Origin: Promethearchaeota archaeon
GTDB lineage: Archaea > Asgardarchaeota > Lokiarchaeia > Sigyniarchaeales > SOKP01
Direction of reading: 5' to 3'
NCBI GenBank assembly: GCA_018238625.1
Contig: JABCSY010000126.1
Location: forward strand, 1 to 10,471
DNA length: 10,471 bases
The position numbers and the translations under genes were made by a program. Under the pieces are notes generated by a model. That model was not told the DNA's origin. It did not search any database and was given only the letters and a program-made list of their open reading frames with translations. Below, in pieces: positions 1 to 6,180 of this stretch. Every line of letters begins with the position of its first letter. Within the stretch, counting starts at the first letter, position 1.

Positions 1-1
1 C

Positions 2-235
2 GTCTTTCTCGAGCAGCAACCGACCGTCGTGGCGTTCTACTCCTTCCTTACTGTCCTTTTATCGGCGTTGTTCGCGCTTGGAGTAGTTTTTACGCTTAAA
101 TATTTGAAAAGGAAGATTACATCAGCGACTCGTAGGAAAGCAAGAGCCAAAAGTGGCCAATTAAAACACTTTAGAGCCGATTTTATCTTCGTTAAATTCG
201 ATGCTTTCTACCTTTTTATTGCTATTTTTAAATAG
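2..235 (+). CDS. 3' end of a probable membrane protein (5' part outside the window)
   Basis: Frame 2 is open from the window edge to TAG at 233-235. It reads VFLEQQPTVVAFYSFLTVLLSALFALGVVFTLKYLKRK: a hydrophobic helix followed by a basic stop-transfer segment. The track's GTG start at 29 is probably internal. Confidence 0.55.
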   Translation, partial: VFLEQQPTVVAFYSFLTVLLSALFALGVVFTLKYLKRKITSATRRKARAKSGQLKHFRADFIFVKFDAFYLFIAIFK

Positions 236-319
236 CATAGAAACAGTTTAAGCATTTTTCTAGCAATAATAAAATGGAAAATTAGTAAAAATAAGCTGGA
301 AAAACTTTCTAATAATCAT

Positions 320-817
320 TTAATTCCAAAAATCACTCTCAGGAACAGAAACCTTCCCATCTATATGGTTCTCGATTTTGGAGCGAAAATATTGCAGCGC
401 TTTTTTTCTCTCCTCTTTAAACTCCTCTTTCCACCGCCACTCGTCAGTTTCCCACGCTGCGGTCTTAAGAACTTTGTCTTTTAATTCCGGAGGAAAGACG
501 GCTCCTGTCTTTAAGATGAAAACTCCAAGGATAAGGAACTCAAGGTATCCGATCTCGCACCGGCTTAGAAGGATGTTTAGTTCGCTGTATGGGTCTAACA
601 ACTGAGCGTTTAAATTCTCTCTGGTCGGTACCAGATCTGGAAGAGATTCCGAGAGAGCCTCAATCACTTCATTTTCAGCACCTTTTAAGATTTCTTCGTC
701 TATCTCCTCTTCGATTCTTTCATAAGCCTCGTAATCAAACCCGCAAATTTCCAGTATAGTCCATAAAACGTCGGACTCGTCGTCTCCACCGAGGATGGAC
801 ACACCATCTTTTCCCAA
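320..817 (-). CDS. Acidic helical hypothetical protein (165 aa)
   Basis: Track ORF 320..826. Its GTG at 826 lies inside a GAGGTGA SD motif (829-823), so the likely start is TTG at 817, 5 nt downstream (MGKDGVSILGGDD...). The N-terminus loosely resembles DUF4259-like MG.WG.....D starts (weak, from memory). Confidence 0.75.
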   Translation of the reverse strand: MGKDGVSILGGDDESDVLWTILEICGFDYEAYERIEEEIDEEILKGAENEVIEALSESLPDLVPTRENLNAQLLDPYSELNILLSRCEIGYLEFLILGVFILKTGAVFPPELKDKVLKTAAWETDEWRWKEEFKEERKKALQYFRSKIENHIDGKVSVPESDFWN

Positions 818-1001
818 CTTGATCACCTCTTTTTATCTTTTTCTTTATCTTTTTATCTTATAAATAATAGTAATAATTAAATTTAAATCTTTAGAGAGTC
901 CAGAAGTTTAAAAGCATTTATATTTTAGAATTAAATTACAAAATTTTTTACTTCTTGCGAATTTTGTTTATTAAATTAACTAAAGAAATTTATATTTCCA
1001 T

Positions 1002-1006
1002 GGTGA
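1002..1006 (+). promoter_or_regulatory. GGTGA Shine-Dalgarno-like site 6 nt upstream of an in-frame ATT of dtdA
   Basis: The same GGTGA core precedes the starts at 817 (5 nt spacing) and 5811 (8 nt spacing). Confidence 0.55.
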
Positions 1007-1012
1007 TTATCA

Positions 1013-1924
1013 ATTCAATTCTTTATTATTACTTCAAAAGAAGACAAAGCTTCTATGAATATGCGCAATAAGTTTTTAAATTCTAGAACGTATTCATTTA
1101 AAGAGATTTCTACTAAATGGCACGAGAATCCGGTATTTGTATTGGAAGATGTTGCTTCTGAAAACAAAATGGATGAATTCCTTGATAATAACCAAATTTA
1201 TTTAGGTTTGACAGATAAACCATTGATTTTTTTAGAAAATTTGAATTTTGATGATACTAAACTTAAACCAGATATATTAATTTTTGCAAGCAGACATACC
1301 TCAAAAACCGCGCGTCCGGCACTCTTAATTCATAGCACGGGTAATTGGAGTAATAACGCGGATTTTGGAGGCAATCCTCGCGATTTATCCAAAACAAGTG
1401 CTTTATTTCATAAGGCTGGTTTTGTTTCTTTAAAAGACCAGATCACCCTTCTAAATTATCCTAACTTTTCTTTGGATATTGAAGTTACTCACCACGGTCC
1501 GACCATTTTAGACATACCATTAGTTTTTATAGAACTGGGAAGTAGCAAACAGGAATGGATAATTGATGAAGCTGGTGAGCTCGTAGCGAACGCTATAGTT
1601 AATTCCATTTTTAAATATCTAATTTTTAAAAAAGAGAAAAATCAGCAAGTAGGTCTTGGGTTTGGTGGGACTCACTACGCTCCAAATTTTAATAGGTTAG
1701 TGACTAACAACGATGTAGCAATGTCGTTTATTTGTCCAAAATATTACATTCAAGAATTAGACGAAAATTTAATCGAATTGATGATTAATAACACATTAGA
1801 AAAAGTTGATTATTTCATAATAGACTGGAAAGGCACGAATTCAGACGATAAAAAACACTTAATTCCTTTGTTGGAGAAATTTGAGATTCCAATTAAAAAA
1901 ACTAAAGATTTCTCAAAATTTTAA
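1013..1924 (+). CDS. dtdA: D-aminoacyl-tRNA deacylase, archaeal/plant DTD2 family
   Basis: Motifs FASRHTS, HSTGNW, EVTHHGP, FIELGS..EW, GFGGTHYAP, PKY and DWKG are present. The family N-terminal motif IITSKEDKASMN extends upstream of the track's ATG at 1055, so the start is placed tentatively at ATT 1013. Product call is strong; the start position is uncertain. Confidence 0.93.
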   Translation: MQFFIITSKEDKASMNMRNKFLNSRTYSFKEISTKWHENPVFVLEDVASENKMDEFLDNNQIYLGLTDKPLIFLENLNFDDTKLKPDILIFASRHTSKTARPALLIHSTGNWSNNADFGGNPRDLSKTSALFHKAGFVSLKDQITLLNYPNFSLDIEVTHHGPTILDIPLVFIELGSSKQEWIIDEAGELVANAIVNSIFKYLIFKKEKNQQVGLGFGGTHYAPNFNRLVTNNDVAMSFICPKYYIQELDENLIELMINNTLEKVDYFIIDWKGTNSDDKKHLIPLLEKFEIPIKKTKDFSKF

Positions 1925-1953
1925 AAAAATTGGAATATAATCAGAGAATATTA

Positions 1954-2817
1954 CTATTCTTCCTTTAATTTCTCGTAATATTTTATTAAATTATTAAAAA
2001 TATAGTGACACGCTAAATAACCTTGTGTAGCCGCTTTTAATAAAACTTTATTCAAGTATTCTGGATACTTAACATCGCCATCTACTGTAACATTCAATTC
2101 TCTTACGTTGTAATAACTGCGATAAAATAGTGTTGGCCAGTCTACTAAAGGTCGTATAGTTTGATTATAAGTTTTTTTGCCTTCTTCAGATAAGTCCAAT
2201 TCTTGTTGTAAGTGATAATAAAGATATCTACCTTTCTTAGTTTTATTTAAAAACCCATCTGATATTATTTCTTTCATAATCTTATTCAATTTTGAAAGTT
2301 TTAGGTCTATATTAATTTTTTTGAGATTTTCGAGTATCTCTGTGTCTCTCTGACCTTTAAATTTTATTAGTAAATACGATCTAGCTAAGATGTTGTATTT
2401 TAATGGTACAGTTTTATGATCAAGCTGGTTATATTGGATTAAATTACCTAAAATCTCTTTTGCGACTAAGTATTTGAGTGTAATTTGATCCTGCTCTGTA
2501 AAACTACTTGTGAAAATGTCTGAGTCGTTAAAATAAGAATTATATAACGCGTTTAGCAATGATTTTATCGAGTTAACCCCGTCTTCAAATGTTAGTTTTA
2601 CTATATTTAAAATCTTGATCCTATAATCAATATCAGTCAAAAATCTTTCTTTTTCCCGGGGAATCTGGCGAATTAAATGAGGTTTTTCTTTTAAGGATTC
2701 AAGGTTTTCGTCCCATTCTTTTTTAAATCGATAAGATTGGGTTTTCGCTATAGTGGATAGTTTATATACAACTTCATACAATTTATTTAAGAAAACTTCT
2801 TCGTTTACGTTAGTCAT
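1954..2817 (-). CDS. Hypothetical protein (287 aa) with a probable winged-helix segment
   Basis: Long ORF with an AAGGGA purine tract upstream. The segment LSKLNKIMKEIISDGFLNKTKKGRYLYYHL resembles a wHTH recognition helix plus wing. Confidence 0.8.
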   Translation of the reverse strand: MTNVNEEVFLNKLYEVVYKLSTIAKTQSYRFKKEWDENLESLKEKPHLIRQIPREKERFLTDIDYRIKILNIVKLTFEDGVNSIKSLLNALYNSYFNDSDIFTSSFTEQDQITLKYLVAKEILGNLIQYNQLDHKTVPLKYNILARSYLLIKFKGQRDTEILENLKKINIDLKLSKLNKIMKEIISDGFLNKTKKGRYLYYHLQQELDLSEEGKKTYNQTIRPLVDWPTLFYRSYYNVRELNVTVDGDVKYPEYLNKVLLKAATQGYLACHYIFNNLIKYYEKLKEE

Positions 2818-2882
2818 CCAAGAATCCCTTAACTTTAGAACATCAAATTTTTTTAAAATTAATAAGTATTAAACTCTAAAAA

Positions 2883-2895
2883 TTATTAAAGTTTC
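2883..2895 (-). promoter_or_regulatory. Candidate archaeal BRE/TATA promoter for the 287-aa gene
   Basis: Minus strand reads GAAACTTTAATAA about 65 nt upstream of the ATG. The AT-rich background weakens the call. Confidence 0.35.
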
Positions 2896-3039
2896 ATTTA
2901 AAAAAAGTAATATGTTAATAATTGGGTGTTGAAGTAGAATTTACTCTAAAAAATCTAATTTTTTTTAATAATACCTATCTTATTTATTATATACTGAAGA
3001 TATTTCTGAAAAATTAAAAGAGTAAAGGCGATTTATAGG

Positions 3040-3420
3040 TTGAAAATTGAACATTTGGCCGTTTCTTCAAATTCCGAAGAGGATAGTGATAATTTTTTTG
3101 TCGAATTATTGGGATTGAAAAAGTTGAGATCCTTCGTAGTAGCAAGGGATCTAATGGAACAATTTTTCAAAGTAAAAAAAGAACACAAGGTAATCAGGTA
3201 CGGCAACGAGGAAGTAAGTGTTGAAGTTTTTATTACTGACGATAAAAGTAAAACTTTAGATAAATTCACCCACATGTGTTTAGTAATAGAGGATAGAGCT
3301 AAACTAATAGATATGGCAAGACAAATGAATTACGAAGTAATCAAAGTGCCGAGAAAAGACAGCGATGTTTTTTACTTATTTTTAAAAGATAAATTTGGCA
3401 ATTTATATGAGATTAAATAG
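3040..3420 (+). CDS. VOC (glyoxalase/bleomycin resistance/extradiol dioxygenase) family protein
   Basis: IEHLAV, FFVELLGL, VEVF, HMCLVIED and FLKDKFGNLYEI give the typical H/E/H/E metal-ligand pattern. TTG start. Confidence 0.88.
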   Translation: MKIEHLAVSSNSEEDSDNFFVELLGLKKLRSFVVARDLMEQFFKVKKEHKVIRYGNEEVSVEVFITDDKSKTLDKFTHMCLVIEDRAKLIDMARQMNYEVIKVPRKDSDVFYLFLKDKFGNLYEIK

Positions 3421-3502
3421 TAACAAAATTTTTTAGAGTGGATTGGTATTTAAAACAAGGAGTGTTTTTAACATTCTAATATAATAAGTGAGGGAACTTT
3501 TA

Positions 3503-4288
3503 ATGCCAAAGTTGTATAAGTTAAAATTAATTTTAGGAGGGGCTCAAAATTCAGGCAAGAGCTCTTTCATTAATTGGCAGCAAAAAGTGGACCCTCCGAT
3601 TGGCGTTTCCTTTGAATCTGTAGAATGTTACGCCAACGATGGGGATTTATATAAATTTCTTGTCTGGGATTTAAAAGATCGAGAAAGGTTCAGATTCCTT
3701 TTCCCACTTTTTTGTCGAGGCGCGTGTGCGGGATTAATATGTTTTGATTTATCTGATAAAAAATCTTTTTTAGATTTAAATAGATGGATCACCCTTTTTC
3801 GAGAGAGTGCTGGAGAGATTCCTATAATTTTAATTGGAACTAAAGCTGACTTAGAAAAAAGAGAAGTTACAGGTGAAGAAATTAACGATTTGGTTGCGAG
3901 AGAAGGTCTTGAGTGCGTTTTTTTTACATCTACTTATGATAACGATGAAAAAAAAGAAGCCATTTTCAGAGAAATAGTTCAAAAAATAGATTTAAATTAT
4001 CCTCTTAACCAATTTTATATTCCCAAAGATTCCGACGATAAAAAGTTTAAATTGATAGAAAAATTGTTTGAACGATGTCCTATTTGTAAGAAGGTAAATC
4101 ACAATAGCAGAGATTTGAAAAATGTTTATTATAACAAACGGAACCCCGATACAATGAGATTGAGAGAGAACTTGCTAAGGCTAATTGATAATTTAGAAAA
4201 TATTAATATTGAACATTCTAATAAAATTTCAATTGGAATTCCTTGTTGCGCTTGTTTTAAAAAATTTTTTGAAGAGCAACAGGTATAA
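3503..4288 (+). CDS. Rab-like small GTPase with degenerate G motifs and a C-terminal CxxC...CCxC putative Zn-binding domain
   Basis: P-loop GAQNSGKS; RabF-like IGVSF, KFLVW, RFRFL, FCRGA, LICFDLS; G4-like TKAD; CPIC and CCAC in the tail. ATG 3503 with GAGGG upstream is preferred over the track's GTG 3488. Confidence 0.88.
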   Translation: MPKLYKLKLILGGAQNSGKSSFINWQQKVDPPIGVSFESVECYANDGDLYKFLVWDLKDRERFRFLFPLFCRGACAGLICFDLSDKKSFLDLNRWITLFRESAGEIPIILIGTKADLEKREVTGEEINDLVAREGLECVFFTSTYDNDEKKEAIFREIVQKIDLNYPLNQFYIPKDSDDKKFKLIEKLFERCPICKKVNHNSRDLKNVYYNKRNPDTMRLRENLLRLIDNLENINIEHSNKISIGIPCCACFKKFFEEQQV

Positions 4289-4292
4289 TTCT

Positions 4293-4712
4293 CTACTTTT
4301 TTAAAATTCCAGATGTTTTTATTATGTCTAAGTGATCAAACGCTAGTTTTAAGGATGCTAATTTTGATATCGGAACAATTTCTAAAGATTGAGCATCGTC
4401 TTTTGCCAATGGTATTTCAGTTTTGGATAAGGGTTCACACAAGAAACCTATTGAAACAGTGTGACCTCTCGGATCGCGCTTTGGATCTGAAAAAACACCT
4501 ATGAGTTTAATTAATTTTACGTTAATGTTTGTTTCTTCATAAGCTTCTCTAATGCACGCATTTTCTATAGTTTCGCCTATGTCAACGAATCCACCCGGTA
4601 AAGCCAGTTCACCTTGAAAAGGTGGGTTTTTTCTACGAATTAAAACAATTGAATTTTGCTTAAATAATATAACAGCGTCAACCGTTAGTAATGGAGTTAT
4701 AGGTTTTGGCAT
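4293..4712 (-). CDS. NUDIX hydrolase, ADP-ribose pyrophosphatase-like
   Basis: Nudix box GGFVDIGETIENACIREAYEET plus LTVDAVI, RDPRGHTVS, DDA and LAFDH motifs. Confidence 0.92.
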   Translation of the reverse strand: MPKPITPLLTVDAVILFKQNSIVLIRRKNPPFQGELALPGGFVDIGETIENACIREAYEETNINVKLIKLIGVFSDPKRDPRGHTVSIGFLCEPLSKTEIPLAKDDAQSLEIVPISKLASLKLAFDHLDIIKTSGILKK

Positions 4713-4714
4713 AA

Positions 4715-5521
4715 TTAATCATCCCACACGGAAGAGCTTAATAAATGTTCGATACGCGTTCGACGCGGTCTAACAAATTTTGTTCGACTTACTTTTCTTT
4801 CTAGAAGTAGAGCTCTTTCGAGATTTGTAGAATTTACCATATGAACTTCTATATCGCCTTCGTTTAAAATAATATGGTTAAAGCTAGGACTATCATCAGC
4901 TCGGACTTTTTTAGATGTGGAAGTGCCACAATAAAGAAAAGTCGTTGGACCAATTACATAAGCGTGCGGAACGTGCCTATGTCCCATTAATACTAAATCA
5001 AGCTCAAATAATTGAGTGAATTCAAGCAATTCTCCTGCATCTCTCACAGTTGTGAATTTTTGCCCAGATAAAGGGACAGGGATTAAATGATGATGAAGTG
5101 CTAATACTCTATTCTCTAAATTTTTATCGAATTGTCTACCACACCAATCCAACTGTTCATCTCCGCATAATCCATGAGCGACATCATCTCTAGCAGTGCA
5201 GATTCCAACGATTATAGTGTCTTTATCGTCAATGATTAATCTTGATCTTCTAGGACCAATAAGTTTTTCAAAAAAGATTATTCCGCTATTCTTTACATCG
5301 TGGTTTCCAGGTACTGCTAGGAATCTTGTGTGTTCTCGAATTCTTTTCAAATAAGGTAAAATTCCTTTAAATTGAGAAATCCTTCCTTTATGAATCATAT
5401 CCCCAGTACAGATAACTGCATCAGGCGAGGCATCTTCAATGTATTTAATTACATTTTCCATATATTCGGGCACAAACTCGGAACCATAGTGCAAATCGCT
5501 TATATGTATGAGATTCACCAT
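4715..5521 (-). CDS. Calcineurin-like metallophosphoesterase, CpdA/Icc-like phosphodiesterase
   Basis: Motifs HISDLH, TGD, PGNHD, LHHH and GHRH. The stop codon is 2 nt from the NUDIX ATG, implying an operon. Confidence 0.92.
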   Translation of the reverse strand: MVNLIHISDLHYGSEFVPEYMENVIKYIEDASPDAVICTGDMIHKGRISQFKGILPYLKRIREHTRFLAVPGNHDVKNSGIIFFEKLIGPRRSRLIIDDKDTIIVGICTARDDVAHGLCGDEQLDWCGRQFDKNLENRVLALHHHLIPVPLSGQKFTTVRDAGELLEFTQLFELDLVLMGHRHVPHAYVIGPTTFLYCGTSTSKKVRADDSPSFNHIILNEGDIEVHMVNSTNLERALLLERKVSRTKFVRPRRTRIEHLLSSSVWDD

Positions 5522-5624
5522 ATTAACATAACAACTCTTACTTCAGATTATTTTTATATAATCTTAATGCACATTAAATTTTAAATCATATTAAAAAAAA
5601 ATTGTACTAAATTTAGAATAAAAC

Positions 5625-5648
5625 AAAAGTTCATACTTATGTACTTTT
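5625..5648 (-). terminator. Imperfect inverted repeat directly after the Zn-finger ORF stop, running into T tracts
   Basis: Plus strand AAAAGTTCATA-CT-TATGTACTTTT (10 of 11 positions pair). The minus strand continues GTTTT and has T9 at 5593-5601. It could instead be an operator for the phosphoesterase operon. Confidence 0.4.
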
Positions 5649-5649
5649 T

Positions 5650-5811
5650 TTACACATATACTTCTCTATTAAAAATATTATCGATTTTTCGAATTTGAGA
5701 TATCTCGTTAAGTATCTGTTTATCTCTACAATCAACACAAATATTTTTAATTTTAAGCCATCTTAATTGTCCACATTCTGGACAAGTGAACTCTTTAAAA
5801 ATTATTTTCAT
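5650..5811 (-). CDS. 53-aa zinc-finger microprotein (not in ORF track)
   Basis: Manual translation gives MKIIFKEFTCPECGQLRWLKIKNICVDCRDKQILNEISQIRKIDNIFNREVYV*. It has a CPxCG...CxxC motif and an AGGTGA SD at 5825-5820, 8 nt before the ATG. Confidence 0.8.
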   Translation of the reverse strand: MKIIFKEFTCPECGQLRWLKIKNICVDCRDKQILNEISQIRKIDNIFNREVYV

Positions 5812-5825
5812 ATTAAATTTCACCT

Positions 5826-5981
5826 TTAAATTCTATTATATTTTAAGATTTTAACTACATCTAGATTAATCATATCAAGAATGTAATCAATGGATTCAAG
5901 CGATGTTTGCGATAAATCGTTTTTGTGTCTTAAATTACCATCTTTTTCTTCTTTAAAATCCATTAAAATCTCTTCAAACAT
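5826..5981 (-). CDS. 51-aa acidic microprotein (not in ORF track)
   Basis: Manual translation gives MFEEILMDFKEEKDGNLRHKNDLSQTSLESIDYILDMINLDVVKILKYNRI*. An alternative in-frame TTG lies at 6005. The stop codon abuts the SD of the Zn-finger ORF. Confidence 0.55.
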   Translation of the reverse strand: MFEEILMDFKEEKDGNLRHKNDLSQTSLESIDYILDMINLDVVKILKYNRI

Positions 5982-6052
5982 TTTATTATTATTTTTTTTC
6001 TTCAACTTAAATAAAATAAGGATATAATCAATTATAAGCGATTCCGACGTAT

Positions 6053-6069
6053 TATATAGATTCTATATA
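6053..6069. promoter_or_regulatory. Perfect inverted repeat TATATAGA-T-TCTATATA, candidate operator
   Basis: 8-bp arms with a 1-bp spacer, just downstream (minus strand) of a TATA-like AAACTTATAT at about 6087-6078. Confidence 0.35.
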
Positions 6070-6151
6070 GATAAAAGATATAAGTTTAAGCTAGAAAAAA
6101 GCGGATTTTGTAAAATTTGATGTTTGCCTATATATTCAATCGTTAAAAATT

Positions 6152-6175
6152 AAAAAATACAGTTTTATTCTGTAT
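6152..6175 (-). terminator. Hairpin plus T-run after alaS
   Basis: Minus strand ATACAG-AATAAAA-CTGTAT-TTTTT begins 5 nt after the alaS stop. Confidence 0.5.
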
Positions 6176-6180
6176 CCAAT

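Noticed and set aside
220-237. Inverted repeat TGCTATTT-TT-AAATAGCA at the end of the first ORF
   Set aside because: Could aid termination between convergent genes, but it is AT-rich, overlaps the stop codon and has no adjacent T-run.
378-605. Track ORF of 75 aa on +
   Set aside because: Antisense shadow of the 320..817 gene with no motifs.
832-859. Three copies of TTTATCTT
   Set aside because: Irregular spacing and low complexity; not a CRISPR array or a convincing operator array.
977-1006. TGA readthrough or selenocysteine at 1004 as the source of the dtdA N-terminus
   Set aside because: The frame upstream hits TAA at 977-979 with no start codon in between, and no SECIS-like hairpin was recognised.
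3033-3275. Track ORF of 80 aa on -
   Set aside because: Antisense to the well-supported VOC gene; Ser/Leu-rich shadow composition.
4313-5584. Track ORFs 4313..4504 and 5372..5584 on +
   Set aside because: Antisense to the NUDIX and phosphoesterase genes with no recognisable features.
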